NCBI RefSeq assembly: GCF_001194135.2
Contig: NC_068992.1
Coordinates: 19,556,838-19,620,837 of the forward strand
Origin: Octopus bimaculoides
Taxonomy: Eukaryota
Length of the DNA: 64,000 nt
Direction: 5' to 3'
The position numbers and the translations under genes were made by a program. The notes below the pieces were generated by a model. That model made no database searches, was not told the origin of the DNA, and was given only the letters and a program-made list of their open reading frames with translations. Numbering within the stretch: the stretch's first letter is position 1; each line of letters starts with the position of its first letter. Positions 36,905-50,819 of the stretch are shown here, piece by piece.

Positions 36905-37095
36905 AAAGCGACGAGCTGGCAGAATCATTAACATGCTGGACGAAATGCTTGGCGGTCCTCGCCCGTCGTTACGTTCTGTGTTCAAATTCCGCCGATGTCG
37001 ACTTTACCTTTCATCCTTTCGGGGTTGATGAATTAAGTACCAGTTGGGTAGATCTAATAGACTGGTCCCTCCCCCGAATTTCAGGCCTTTATACA
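36905..37095 (+). mobile_element. SINE-M
   Basis: gcgacgagctggcagaatcattaacatg head, gttcaaattccgccg B box, cctttcatcctttcggggttgatgaattaagtaccag core. Confidence 0.92.
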
Positions 37096-37202
37096 ATTGC
37101 AAATACCTGACTACTTGGTATACTAGAAATGATAGCCAACTCTCCATCTCCTATATCTTGCAGCTAAAAATATAATACATATATTTGATACTGTATACTA
37201 AA

Positions 37203-37412
37203 ATGGACGGAAAGCAGGCAGAATCGTTACAATGATGGAAAAATGCCTAGCGGCATTTCTTTCGGCTCTACGTTCTGATTTCAAATGCCAACGAGTTCCA
37301 TTGTGTCTTCCATCTTTGGGATCGATAAATTAAATACCAGTTGGAGTCAACGTAATCGACGAGCCCCTTCCCCTCAAATTTCCCGCCTTGTTTCTATAAT
37401 AGAAAAAAGTAT
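37203..37412 (+). mobile_element. SINE-M, decayed
   Basis: ggcagaatcgttac head, gatcgataaattaaataccagttgg core, ccccttcccctcaaattt tail. Confidence 0.8.
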
Positions 37413-38098
37413 TAGATAGACCGTCCGAAAATAGGACCGGATAGTCACAAGTGAAAATAAAGAACCGGATAGCTATTGATTATCGTTCTACTGGATCAGG
37501 CCTTGGCAATAAAAAGTAAAACAGCCACTATTATTTCGTCTATGGCTAGCAATACTAATACTACTTGAGAAATGAAACACTAACCCGAACATGTTTTACG
37601 TCGGAAGCTACCAAATTTCAATGGTTCCCGGCACAACTAAATTTGATCGTAATGTAAATCATCCATCTCTTGTCGACTCCACTGTTGCGGCCTGAAACAC
37701 AATGGAGGTTATATCAAGTGTTTGACTTGACAATCAATCAGTCATTCAAAACATAAACATTAAAGATTAACAGTGTCGTTACTGCGGTTAGCGAAAAGCA
37801 AAGGAAGTTTAGATAATAAATACATGATGTAAGCCATCTGTTTGAAGTCTGTTCGGGAAGGAAATGTAACCAATGTTGATAGCGTTATCATTGATGGAGA
37901 TTTAGAGATAGAATAAGAAAAATAGTGATAGAGATTGGGTGGAAGTATGCAAGTGTGGGAGAGGATTTTATTTATCTCGGTTAGTTCTAGGTGGAAGGTG
38001 ACGTGCTTGTTTGTAGAGATGACAGGTTTATAACTTGGTCGATCTATGTGATCAGTGATTGTAAAATGTGAGTAGGATATATCAAAGATCCCCTTGTT

Positions 38099-38132
<34 letters not shown>

Positions 38133-38632
38133 NNNNNNNNNNNNNNNNNNNNNNNNNNNNNNNNNNNNNNNNNNNNNNNNNNNNNNNNNNNNNNNNNNNN
38201 NNNNNNNNNNNNNNNNNNNNNNNNNNNNNNNNNNNNNNNNNNNNNNNNNNNNNNNNNNNNNNNNNNNNNNNNNNNNNNNNNNNNNNNNNNNNNNNNNNNN
38301 NNNNNNNNNNNNNNNNNNNNNNNNNNNNNNNNNNNNNNNNNNNNNNNNNNNNNNNNNNNNNNNNNNNNNNNNNNNNNNNNNNNNNNNNNNNNNNNNNNNN
38401 NNNNNNNNNNNNNNNNNNNNNNNNNNNNNNNNNNNNNNNNNNNNNNNNNNNNNNNNNNNNNNNNNNNNNNNNNNNNNNNNNNNNNNNNNNNNNNNNNNNN
38501 NNNNNNNNNNNNNNNNNNNNNNNNNNNNNNNNNNNNNNNNNNNNNNNNNNNNNNNNNNNNNNNTATATATACATATATCATATATATTTATATATATATA
38601 TTGATGTGTGTATATATATATGCATATATATG

Positions 38633-38720
<88 letters not shown>

Positions 38721-40119
38721 TGTGCGTGCGTGCGTGTATGTGTGTGTATGATATATTATGTGAGCGAAAGAAGTATTGTATGGTGTCAGTTAGACAAGAT
38801 TACAATTTCTGAAGTAAGATACTGCTCTCTCCGCTGTAATGCGGTACAACAAAATATGAACAACTGGTTAATATATTAAATCTAACACAAGTACACAATC
38901 AAATTAAAAAGTTTATTTTTTTTATTTTAAATTAATACAGCGCAAACATATATATATATATATAAAAATTGAAATGTAATTAATATTTTTCATTTGTTTA
39001 CGCTTAGATACAAATTATAGTTACCTAGATGTATGAATAACATTTCAGAACTCTCAGAAGACCGGCTTTTCATATAAAGGAAAGAAAAAAAAAATAAAGC
39101 GAAGCGAATGCAACTGCACATGGGAATTGAAACCAAATCGCAAAAGTTGATCCTTTGATAATTTAACCAAAACACCATAGAACATTTCGCATGACTGATT
39201 ATAAAAATTGTTGACAGTACAATTGTCACCATTAAAACAACAACAACAACAAATCATATAACCAACATCTTCATCAGCAGCAACAACAAAAACATCAATC
39301 AGAAAGGCGTCTGGAGTTTATCAGATATTCCAGTTTTCAGGAAAACAAAAAAAAAAAAATAATAATAATAAAATAAGCACAAAAATATTGGATACAAAAA
39401 CAGAAATAATTCCAAACGCATACAGCTCACCAATAAATATTCACATTTCCTAACAATATATTACAAATATAACAACTCTATATAAATCTAATAACAATAN
39501 NNNNNNNNNNNNNNNNNNNNNNNNNNNNNNNNNNNNNNNNNNNNNNNNNNNNNNNNNNNNNNNNNNNNNNNNNNNNNNNNNNNNNNNNNNNNNNNNNNNN
39601 NNNNNNNNNNNNNNNNNNNNNNNNNNNNNNNNNNNNNNNNNNNNNNNNNNNNNNNNNNNNNNNNNNNNNNNNNNNNNNNNNNNNNNNNNNNNNNNNNNNN
39701 NNNNNNNNNNNNNNNNNNNNNNNNNNNNNNNNNNNNNNNNNNNNNNNNNNNNNNNNNNNNNNNNNNNNNNNNNNNNNNNNNNNNNNNNNNNNNNNNNNNN
39801 NNNNNNNNNNNNNNNNNNNNNNNNNNNNNNNNNNNNNNNNNNNNNNNNNNNNNNNNNNNNNNNNNNNNNNNNNNNNNNNNNNNNNNNNNNNNNNNNNNNN
39901 NNNNNNNNNNNNNNNNNNNNNNNNNNNNNNNNNNNNNNNNNNNNNNNNNNNNNNNNNNNNNNNNNNNNNNNNNNNNNNNNNNNNNNNNNNNNNNNNNNNN
40001 NNNNNNNNNNNNNNNNNNNNNNNNNNNNNNNNNNNNNNNNNNNNNNNNNNNNNNNNNNNNTTCTTCTTCTTCTTCTTCTTCTTCTTCTTCTTCTTCTTCT
40101 TCTTCTTCTTCTTCTTCTT

Positions 40120-40151
<32 letters not shown>

Positions 40152-40689
40152 GACTCCACAATCCTCTTGGATTTCGTTTCCTTTATATATCATCAGTATC
40201 AACATCATCATCGTCACCATCGTCAAGATCATCTTCATAAGTAGCATCAGCGCAGTAGAAATCATCATGATCATCATCATGATCATCATCATCTTCATCA
40301 TCAATAGTAGTAGTAGTAGCAGCAGCAGCAGTGGTAGTAATAGCCACAGCACTAGCAGCAGCAGACGCAGCAGTAGATGTTGCAGTATATATTTTTTGTC
40401 CAAGTGAAACGTGTTTCTTTCAGATTCCGTAAATTGAAAAGAAGTTTTTGGTAGTTCATTTGCTTAAGGCTTCTGCAGTTATTGTTACTCATTTTATCCT
40501 TTCAGCTTGTCGCAGTATATGTAGGATACCTTTCTTTTTATAGTACTTTTTGTATTATAACACTGAAAAGGCCACACCAAGCAAAGTAGAAAAGGCATCT
40601 ATGAGGCATAATCCAACCAAACTTGATAAGAGTTGACTATATCTTCAACAAGAAATAGAGAATTTAGTTCTAGGAGCTTAAGACCTAAA

Positions 40690-40880
40690 AAAAAAAGAGG
40701 TTGTTGAATGGAGCTGAAAAGTTTCGGTGTGATGTGGAAGGAAACCCCGATATTCTGTGTTCCATCGAACTGGATGGGTGCCTGTGTTTCTATTTCACAG
40801 CTCTTTTGCGGAAATTTCCTCAACAGTTCAGGTTGGTCAGTGGACCTGTATTTGAGTGTTGCAAAAAGATGACACAAAGC
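40690..40880 (-). mobile_element. Possible decayed LINE RT fragment
   Basis: LKYRSTDQPELLRKFPQKSCE...TPKLFSSIQ loosely resembles RT GRST.DQ...LRQ..EK..E and G.PPKL...I. Weak match. Confidence 0.25.
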
Positions 40881-43351
40881 AGCAAATAACAATATGATAT
40901 GCACTTTGTAATTTTGTTTACATAAAATAAATAAATAACTAAATAAATAAATAAATAAAGGTCTCAATGATTGGTTGGCCTGCTTTACAAGCTTTTACCT
41001 AGACGTGCCAGGTTTGCTCATCGGCGTCATGGCAGCTACCGCAACGGGCAACTGAACGAACGAATTCCTTCTGTAAGCTGAGAAGTTGTTGTACCGGTCA
41101 GGATAGAAGCGAACGAGGGTGTCATTATTGTGTAATGCCCAGTCAATAAATTTACTCAATAAAGAGTTCGATATTTTCGGTTGAGAGGATATGAAAAAAG
41201 TTTAAAGAACACTAAATTTCCCGGGGATAAATCTGAGAAAAATATAAACTCTTGAATAAGAAAGCTTTCTCTCTGTAAGTAATGCCTTCTACAAATCACT
41301 ATATCTAAACACAGAAAAATCTTCAACTCACACATGAAATTTCAAATACGACTTGTATGCTTCAAAGCTCAATTTTTTTTTTTTTTGGCAAAGTTATTCT
41401 TCTTTACCCTTTCTATGTTTCTTTCTTTCTCAATGCACAAAGAATTCCGAACGATAACTTTGCTAAAGTAATGAAACTTCGCCAGTTTCAATAGTGCTTA
41501 TCTAGTTGTCCGACCAAATATAATGCAACCTCATTGAATTAGCAAGTAAATGACTTCGTATCCCATTGATACTTACTTAGCCCTTTACTCGCTGTTGGAG
41601 CAAATCCCATCTATGACTTTTCTCCGCTGTTCTCGACTTTGGGCTGTCTTTCCTCTCACAGGTCTTGCTAGTTTTGAACTATTATCAATGCTTCTGTACT
41701 CTACGCAAATCCATTTTTATTTCTGCGAAGATCTGTTCTGTATTACACTGGCCTTAATCTCTTTGACCTGCTTAGCACGGCAGGCCTTGCTAGAAGCTTG
41801 TTCTCCGCTAGTATGGCTCTCGGAGTTTATTAAGGTCTACAAGTCTCCACCCTGCAACTTGGTTTCGACCTCTCACTTTACACACGTGTACTCTAACGTA
41901 ATTTCTCAGAAACAATCAGCAATGTTACACAGAAACTGGACCTTTGGAATACAATTAAAATTACTGTCTAAGCAATTCGACTCACAAGCCTTAAGTCAGC
42001 AGAAATCTATAATAAAAACAAATAGACAAACAAAAAAACACTTGCCTAAGATGCTGTGCAACTGTTTGTTAAATAGCAAACGAAATATTGTTTATGACAG
42101 AAATCCCCACTGACGACCCTCAACTATAAATACACCATTAAACAATAAAAGGGATATATTTTATCAAAACAGTTTACGAATATTTCCCATCTTGTATAAT
42201 AATTTATTTTATATGAATGCTTGGTCGTCCTTCTACATATCAGGTGAGAACGAAATAAATATTCAAAGTCTATGATTCCCTAATGTAAACAATGTCTTGA
42301 AAACCGACAGTCATAAATTTACGAAAGACACATGTGATATTTCTTTTCTTAGAAAACCAATTTTTTTCGAATAGTTTAGCAATTTTTCGTTCATATCAAC
42401 AGTTTATTTATATTGAAGATTTAATCGTTTCCTTATTCTGCTACCCCCGACTCTTCTCATAAACACACACACACACACACACACACACANNNNNNNNNNN
42501 NNNNNNNNNNNNNNNNNNNNNNNNNNNNNNNNNNNNNNNNNNNNNNNNNNNNNNNNNNNNNNNNNNNNNNNNNNNNNNNNNNNNNNNNNNNNNNNNNNNN
42601 NNNNNNNNNNNNNNNNNNNNNNNNNNNNNNNNNNNNNNNNNNNNNNNNNNNNNNNNNNNNNNNNNNNNNNNNNNNNNNNNNNNNNNNNNNNNNNNNNNNN
42701 NNNNNNNNNNNNNNNNNNNNNNNNNNNNNNNNNNNNNNNNNNNNNNNNNNNNNNNNNNNNNNNNNNNNNNNNNNNNNNNNNNNNNNNNNNNNNNNNNNNN
42801 NNNNNNNNNNNNNNNNNNNNNNNNNNNNNNNNNNNNNNNNNNNNNNNNNNNNNNNNNNNNNNNNNNNNNNNNNNNNNNNNNNNNNNNNNNNNNNNNNNNN
42901 NNNNNNNNNNNNNNNNNNNNNNNNNNNNNNNNNNNNNNNNNNNNNNNNNNNNNNNNNNNNNNNNNNNNNNNNNNNNNNNNNNNNNNNNNNNNNNNNNNNN
43001 NNNNNNNNNNNNNNNNNNNNNNNNNNNNNNNNNNNNNNNNNNNNNNNNNNNNNNNNNNNNNNNNNNNNNNNNNNNNNNNNNNNNNNNNNNNNNNNNNNNN
43101 NNNNNNNNNNNNNNNNNNNNNNNNNNNNNNNNNNNNNNNNNNNNNNNNNNNNNNNNNNNNNNNNNNNNNNNNNNNNNNNNNNNNNNNNNNNNNNNNNNNN
43201 NNNNNNNNNNNNNNNNNNNNNNNNNNNNNNNNNNNNNNNNNNNNNNNNNNNNNNNNNNNNNNNNNNNNNNNNNNNNNNNNNNNNNNNNNNNNNNNNNNNN
43301 NNNNNNNNNNNNNNNNNNNNNNNNNNNNNNNNTATATATATATATATATAT

Positions 43352-43698
43352 GGGGGCAATGGTCCAGTCGTTAGGGCAGCGGACTCGCGGTCATAGGATC
43401 GCGGTTTCGATTCCCAGACCGGGCATTGTTAGTGTTTATTGAGCGAAAACACTTAAAGGTCCACGAGGATCCAGCAGGGGATGGTAGGGAACCCTGCTGT
43501 ACTCTTCCAGCACAACTTTCTCTCACTTTCTGTTGTACCTGTATTTCAAAGGGCCAGCCTTATGAAACTGTGTCACGCTGAATATCCCCGAGAACTATGT
43601 TAAGGGTACACGTGTCTGTGGAGGGCTCAGCCACTTGCACGTTAATTTCACGAGCTGACTGTTCTGTTGATTGGATCAACTGAAATCCTCGACGTCAC
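43352..43698 (+). mobile_element. SINE-A2, near full length
   Basis: A box tggtccagtcgtt, tRNA-like ggactcgcggtcataggatcgcggtttcgattcc. Body matches 45052-45421. Confidence 0.93.
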
Positions 43699-43799
43699 TG
43701 TTTATCAAATACATCGCCTTCCATCGGACGAATTTTGGCAAGAACGGTTCTGCCTATACTGGCTGGAGAAACTGTTTTGTTAAATGTCACACTGTCCAC

Positions 43800-44000
43800 T
43801 GTATCTACTCCTCCTGCTCCTCTTGCTCTTCCTGCCCCTTCTACTGCCCCTCCTCCTCCTCCTCCTCCTCTTCTTCTTCCTCTTCTTCTTCCTTTTCTTC
43901 TTACTCCTCCTCCTCCTGATTCTTCTCCTTTCTCTTCCCCTCCTCTTTCGTCTTCTATTCATTTTCCTCTCCGTTCTTCCCTTTCTCCCTCCTATCATTA
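43800..44000. repeat. CTC/CTT low-complexity tract
   Basis: Pyrimidine-rich trinucleotide mosaic. Confidence 0.9.
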
Positions 44001-44164
44001 TACGTATCAACCCTCTTGATCCCTCAACCCTAACCCACATAATATCTTCCCATTTTCTTTTAGAATTTTCGCGTTAGCTAGCATTGCAAATGGAGATGGT
44101 ACGGAAACGTGTGTAACTTACAATTAAAGATGTGTTAAAAAAATGTCATCTTCTTTTCATTGGA

Positions 44165-44230
<66 letters not shown>

Positions 44231-44392
44231 TGGGAAACACTAATATGATTGCCATCAGCTTAATATACTTAGAAATCTGTGGTCATAAATTTCGGAAGAA
44301 GTTGTTATGAAACGTTTTTGCAATGAACACCTTTCTATAATGAGCACCAATAGCATGAAATTTATTTTACTGACAATCTCCTCCTCCTACTT

Positions 44393-44419
44393 ATCATCAT
44401 CATCATCATCATCACCACT

Positions 44420-44450
<31 letters not shown>

Positions 44451-44452
44451 CT

Positions 44453-44504
<52 letters not shown>

Positions 44505-44530
44505 CCACCACCACCACCACCATCACCACC
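44393..44530. repeat. (CAT)n/(CAC)n microsatellite
   Basis: Direct observation. Confidence 0.96.
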
Positions 44531-44559
44531 ATAGATATGATTCGTATATTTATATGTGC

Positions 44560-44940
44560 CCTATATAATATATTCTATACTTCCATGTCTAGGTGAGCTT
44601 CCTAGGAAATCCCTAGTTTCTTTTGCCCTGGTAGAACTCACTGCAGTATATTGCTTTCCGAATACTCAATTTGCCCGTACGTCAGACGTGTCCTGCCCAT
44701 CTGGACTGGTTGTGCAGAAGCACGGCTTGAATGCTGGAGATATTGACCTGCTGGAGGTATTCATTGTTGAAGCAGCATAAATGTGACCAGACAGCATCCA
44801 GATCGCTACAAAAAACTTTGAGAAAGCCAAAGTAATTAGAGCTGATGAAAAACGGCCAATACAAACGAGTTATCGTCCAAACTTTCACTTGACCAAAGCC
44901 TATAGATGTACCACAACTGCGAAAGACCCAGACGTTCAAA
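44560..44940 (-). mobile_element. Decayed RTE-clade LINE, RT C-terminal fragment
   Basis: Minus-strand VNISSIQAVLLHNQSRWAGHV*RTGKLSIRKAIYCSEFYQGKRN*GFPRK matches RTE A...SIEA.L...QLRWAGHV.RM...R.PK...Y.EL..GKR..G.P.KR. Confidence 0.82.
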
Positions 44941-45051
44941 GATCAGTTTACGTAGTTACCTAGTGTTGATCCTCTTCCTCATGATCTTCGAAAATACGAT
45001 GGAAGTATCAGAATTTGATATATGGAATTATATATACTTATACTAAATTGT

Positions 45052-45421
45052 GGAGGCGCAATGGCCCAGTGGTTAGGGCAGCGGATTCGCGGTTTCGATT
45101 CCCAGGCCGGACGTTGTGAGTGTTTATTGAGCGAAAACACCTAAAGCACCACGAGGTTCCGGCAGGGGATGGTGGCGAACCCTGCTGTACTCTCTCACCA
45201 CAACTTTCTCTCACTCTTTCTTCTTATTTCTGTTGTACCTGTATTTCAAAGGGTCAGCCTTGTCACACTGTGTCACGCTGACTATCACGGAGAACTACAT
45301 TCAGGGTGCACGTGTCTGTGGAGTGCTCAGCCACTTGCACGTTAATTTCACGAGTAGGCTGTTCCGTTGATAGGATCCACTGGAACCCTCGACATCGTAA
45401 AACGACGGAGTGCCAACAACA
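45052..45421 (+). mobile_element. SINE-A2, full length with 12-bp TSD
   Basis: A box tggcccagtgg, B box ggtttcgattcc, tail gacggagtgccaacaac. TSD atactaaattgt at 45040-45051 and 45422-45433. Confidence 0.96.
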
Positions 45422-45975
45422 ATACTAAATTGTACGTCTGGCTTTCCTTTTAATTCTAAAAGCAAACCCAAATTTCTAGAAAAATCAGTATCCTGTTATC
45501 AATTTCCACTCATAATATCGTACTGTCAGTAAAAATAGCAGCGTATAGATTCTATAGATTTATAGAAAGGATATTTAGCTAATAAACTTTCAAGCTAAAT
45601 TGTTTATGGATGTTAGATTAAGATGTGTTTAAAATTATCTAAGATCAAATACTCGCCGTTCTGTAGAACTTACAACTGATAAAATGATATGTCTCAAACA
45701 AGACATATATACTATCTTTATTATTATTATTATATATTATACACATGTGTGTATTATAAATATATGAGTGTATTTCTGTTCGTACATAAAAGGTGATTGT
45801 GTGTGATTGTTTCAAGTACACCGAGGCATAATATATCAATATCAGTTTTCTGTTTGTTTGCTACAACGACAAAAAGATACGCACACACACACACATACAC
45901 ACACGCGCGCATGCACATACTCGTACGCGCACACACACACACACACATAAACATACACACACACATACGCATATA

Positions 45976-46012
<37 letters not shown>

Positions 46013-47145
46013 NNNNNNNNNNNNNNNNNNNNNNNNNNNNNNNNNNNNNNNNNNNNNNNNNNNNNNNNNNNNNNNNNNNNNNNNNNNNNNNNNNNNNNNN
46101 NNNNNNNNNNNNNNNNNNNNNNNNNNNNNNNNNNNNNNNNNNNNNNNNNNNNNNNNNNNNNNNNNNNNNNNNNNNNNNNNNNNNNNNNNNNNNNNNNNNN
46201 NNNNNNNNNNNNNNNNNNNNNNNNNNNNNNNNNNNNNNNNNNNNNNNNNNNNNNNNNNNNNNNNNNNNNNNNNNNNNNNNNNNNNNNNNNNNNNNNNNNN
46301 NNNNNNNNNNNNNNNNNNNNNNNNNNNNNNNNNNNNNNNNNNNNNNNNNNNNNNNNNNNNNNNNNNNNNNNNNNNNNNNNNNNNNNNNNNNNNNNNNNNN
46401 NNNNNNNNNNNNNNNNNNNNNNNNNNNNNNNNNNNNNNNNNNNNNNNNNNNNNNNNNNNNNNNNNNNNNNNNNNNNNNNNNNNNNNNNNNNNNNNNNNNN
46501 NNNNNNNNNNNNNNNNNNNNNNNNNNNNNNNNNNNNTATATATATATATATATTCCCTCGTTGTCATTTGCATCTCTATTGTTTGCCAGTAAAACAGCCA
46601 TTTCTTTGAGGCTCTGGCGTCATTCTCATTTTATCAGCTTTTCATTTTTAGATAGATTTATTTTCTCTTTTTAATGTAAGACAATAATCCCAATTGATGA
46701 ACCAACTTACAGCTATTGTCAACTAATATTTATCCTATCACACACAACACTAACATAATGCAGACAACAGACAGTCGTATAGCTACAATTACTATTGAAT
46801 CAACAATAAAACAGCAACAGCTGAAACAATGAGATCTTTCATAAGAAATAAGAAACAAATGTGAATATTCTTATGTTACCTTTATTCAACACATTTTTAA
46901 TACAATTTTCTCTAAATGTTTTTCTCTCTTTTAATTGGCACCGCAACTCGCCTAAGATTTGGACTTTGGCGAGTGGTATGTGGTGACGATCAGTCTAAGA
47001 GACAAGACATCGCGGTTTCGTGTCTTATCTGCAGTACTCTGAATAGATTCCTGGGAAAATAAAATAAATTTAGCCCTGAATGAACTGGTGAACCGATCTG
47101 TAAATCACGAAGAGCAAAATCGATAGCAGTAATTTATTAAATCCG

Positions 47146-47362
47146 GTGGTGGTAGTGGTGGTGATGTGGTGATGGTGGCGGTGGTGATAGTGATGGTAGC
47201 GGTAACGGTGATGGTGGCGCTGATGGTGATGAGGATGAAATATGGTGGTGATGATAGTGGTGTTGTTGGTGATGGTGGTTGCATTGATGGTTGTGGTGGT
47301 GGTAATGGTAGTGATGATAGTGTTGGTAATGGTGATGGTGAGAGCCATGGTGGTGGTGGTGA
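47146..47362. repeat. (GGT/GAT)n trinucleotide mosaic
   Basis: Direct observation. Confidence 0.93.
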
Positions 47363-47371
47363 TGGAAATAG

Positions 47372-47575
47372 ATTTTTCGGACAAGGCTAGCAACTTTGGG
47401 AAAGAGGTTAAGTTGATTTCATCGAATTCAGTGTTCAACTGGCGCTTATTTTATTGGCCATGAAAGGATAAAAGGCAAAGTCTACATCGGTGGCATTTGA
47501 ATACAAAACGCAAGTACGGGCGAAATGCCGCTAAGCATTTTGCACGGCGTGTTAACTGTTCCGCCAGCTTTCCAC
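47372..47575 (-). mobile_element. SINE-M
   Basis: gaaaggataaaaggcaaagtc core, ccgctaagcattttgcacggcgtgttaactgttccgccagc head. Confidence 0.87.
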
Positions 47576-47640
47576 TGTATACTGTTCTGTAATATTAGCC
47601 AACGTGTCCTTTCCAGTTTCAAAAACGTAGGCTGTGGTTT

Positions 47641-48193
47641 AAGGAAAATTTGGTTGTTAGTTCTAGCCGGTCAATCGACTACATAGAAAGTCCGTTGTTC
47701 GTTCTTTCATGGCATGACGCATTCTTCTAAAAGTTCATATCATCACATGCTAATTATTTAACAGATAGATCAGTTATTGGATCTCACCATTGTTATCGAT
47801 CGACATCTACATAGTTTTTTGTATAAATCTAATTCGCTTCACTGTAAAGATATCATTAGTACTAGTAACAGTAGTAGTAAAAGGAGGAGGAGGAAAAGTA
47901 GGAGGAGCGGTTTAACCCCCAGGTCTGCTCTATTCGGGCAGATTCATGATCAATACATCGTCCTGATAAGAATTGATGATTTATTTCTAGAGGTTTCACT
48001 GTACCTATTATCTAATAATGTTCTTAATTTTTTTGAGATTCTAGGTTCTGATTTAAGAAAAATTTGGATAATATGCTTCAGCAATCGGTGCGAATATACA
48101 TAGAAGACGTTTACTTTTCATTTAAAGGAAATTTGGTTGTTATTTCTAGCTGATTGAGTTACGACATAGAAAGTTCGTTGTTGGTTCTTATCT
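47641..48193 (+). repeat. Direct repeat pair of about 70 bp (47641-47710 and 48124-48193), fragments of another dispersed repeat
   Basis: aaggaaa(a)tttggttgtta(g/t)ttctagc...acatagaaagt(c/t)cgttgtt occurs twice. The related motif tagaaatagcagc appears at about 21670 and 35609. Confidence 0.8.
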
Positions 48194-49344
48194 AAAGGAA
48201 AGTTGTTCGATACTTGGTCGTTGTTTCTATCAGATCAAGCTATTACGTAGAGATTTCATAGTTGACTTCATTCTATTGTCCCACGTGGGGGTGAGGGAAT
48301 CCTAATGAGTGTAACACCTTTTGGATATTACTGTAGTTTCATTGGAACTTTCTACTTTCCTGGCTTTCCACAGAGACCACATTATGCAAAATCTTGTATC
48401 CTTTTATTGAAGAATTTTCTAATTAAAGTCAAATTAATAAGGAGCTTGCACGCCCGAGGGAAGTACACTCTCTACCCCTTCAGACGATTAATTGACATTC
48501 TAGTCAAAGTTGTTCAGCTGTTGTGATTTATTCGCAGCAAAATGTTTAATGAAACACGTTGTTATTACACTTCTATTATAAGAGGATATCCCACGTAATA
48601 TACTATACCCAGCATTTCATTCTCCTCCTTCTGATATCTTAACAATATAATACTCATATGATTCAGTGAAATTCTATGAAGATTATCTAAACATATATAT
48701 GGCGGGGGGTATACACACACAGGTAATATATGTATAATCATGTAAATATGTAAATGATAATAATCCTTTGCCAGATATCAATATGAGTAACTTTGACGAT
48801 TATTCATATTCATATTCTCGCTTCAATATGCAATAGGCCACCATGAAATGATAACCAAAACTTCTTGCAAAATTCACAAAATGTGCAAATACTGGTAATG
48901 TATAAATGCTCGTTTTATAAGAATTTTTATAAGTCAAGATTTGTAGAGATGGACATAGCCCTCAGCTGCTAGAAAATTCGAAGAAGTTGTTAGTAACATG
49001 CTTTATGTAATTGATTTAGGTACTTATGTACACGCAAGCAGACAAAAATAACCTCTCAGCCATCTTAACCTTGGCTCAGCGGAATATTTGGATGCAGAGG
49101 GGACAAAGAGCTAGACTAGCATTCATGTAGTACTCATTTTCAGTTGAGCAGATGAGATAATCCTGAAAAATAATTCCTGGTTCAAAAATACAATATCCCA
49201 CCCTGTCCTAGAATCGAACTCACGACCTTACAACAAGGTCACGTGACTAAGAAATTTACCAGTTAATAAAATACTCACACTATATTTGATACAAACACCA
49301 GTTTATACATTGTGTTCGACAAATGGTACTGCAAAGAGTGCGAT

Positions 49345-49440
49345 ACAATGTATGCTATGTGGCCCGCATTTCTACGCACTGAGTTCAAAACCTGCCGAAG
49401 TCAACTTTGCTTATCATTCTTTTGAGATCAACGAAAACCT
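49345..49440 (+). mobile_element. SINE-M fragment
   Basis: gagttcaaaacctgccgaagtcaactttgcttatcattcttttgagatc. Confidence 0.7.
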
Positions 49441-49984
49441 AGCAATCGAAAGGAGTGGATCGGTGGAACTGCAAGAATATCCGGCTAGATGTTTTGTGTT
49501 GTTTGTTGCAGCCATTTGCGTCCTAGATTCCAATATCACCATGGCTTACGTGCAATAGGATAATATGCAATATGCTGCAAATATAACTGGTCGCCCGGTA
49601 AATCACCGCCTCATAGCAACTTGAGTGTCTTTATCGGAGACCCTGATGTAACAGTGGCCGCATGTTTGCAATTTAAAGATACCTTTATTTCTTCTTTCCA
49701 CCAGTTTTAGAGAATATATAAAGTGTCAGATGCACTATCTTTCCTCATGACTAATAGTTTTTTCTTTGTTTTTGTTTATTTTATGATCAAAATATCTGGT
49801 TTCTAACAAACTTTTGTCATCTTCAATTTACCTATTCAAATAAAAGCAAACTGACCGAATATTCAAGTTCGTTTTGCATTCACGAGGTCTCGGCTTCTAG
49901 CCCACTACGTGGCTGTCTTCATGAGTAAGTATGTTTTACTACTACTACTACTACTACTACTGCTACTACTACTACATAAATATT

Positions 49985-50131
49985 TATTTCTTTATCGCCC
50001 ACAAGGGGCTAAACATAGAGGGGACGAACAAGGACGGACAAAGGAATTAAGTCGATTATGTCGACGCCAGTGGGACTTATTTAATCGATCCCGAAAGGAT
50101 GAAAGGCAAAGTCAACCTCGGCGGAAACTAT
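49985..50131 (-). mobile_element. 5'-truncated SINE-M with 12-bp TSD
   Basis: Tail and core intact, truncated at the B box. TSD tacataaatatt at 49973-49984 and 50132-50143. Confidence 0.92.
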
Positions 50132-50554
50132 TACATAAATATTGGAACATAAAAAGATACACTGAATTATGTAGCTCCACTAACTTCTAAACAGAAAGGG
50201 AAATCACGGCTAGGGTGGCTTCGATTGCTGAATTAATGAATCACTGCAAAGGTAGGAATAAAGCTAACAACAACAACGACAACAAAAACCAACTCAGGAG
50301 CTACCATATTGCTGCTCAACCTAGCTGTAATATCAGTTATATATTTTGCAATTCACACCTATTATCGTGAAAATGGACGAAGCGGTTGGTTAAAACAGTC
50401 TAAAAAGCAGAAAAGAAAACAAATTTTTAAAAAGATTATTGCGACTAGAAAACATACATCGATACATCTCCTTCGGTATAAAACAGCAAAGTCAGCAACA
50501 AAAACAAGTACTACTACTACTACTACAACTATACATGCTTCTTACTTGTATAGG

Positions 50555-50725
50555 CATAAGGCCTCGAAGTTTTGGTGGCGGTAGGGCTGGTTGATTGCAT
50601 CGTTCTCAGTGATCAACTTCGACTTATTTTATCTATCTCGAAAGATAAAAGCTTAGGTCAATCTCGTTGGAATTGAATTTGAATTGAGAATGTGATGAGT
50701 CGGAAGAAATATCTCTATTTCTTTC
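50555..50725 (-). mobile_element. SINE-M, decayed
   Basis: cataaggcctcgaagttttgg tail, gacttattttatctatctcgaaagataaaag core, gaatttgaattgagaatg B box. Confidence 0.65.
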
Positions 50726-50819
50726 GAATCGCCCACGATTTTGCAAGCTTCCTGCATTGTTTCTGCTACTAGTAATCATTTCGAGCATAGGCACAATACC
50801 TGATGATTTAGTAAAGAGC

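Noticed and set aside
37760-38100. 113-codon open stretch on the minus strand next to a gap
   Set aside because: No start or splice signal visible and no recognisable domain. The ORF length is inflated by the gap.
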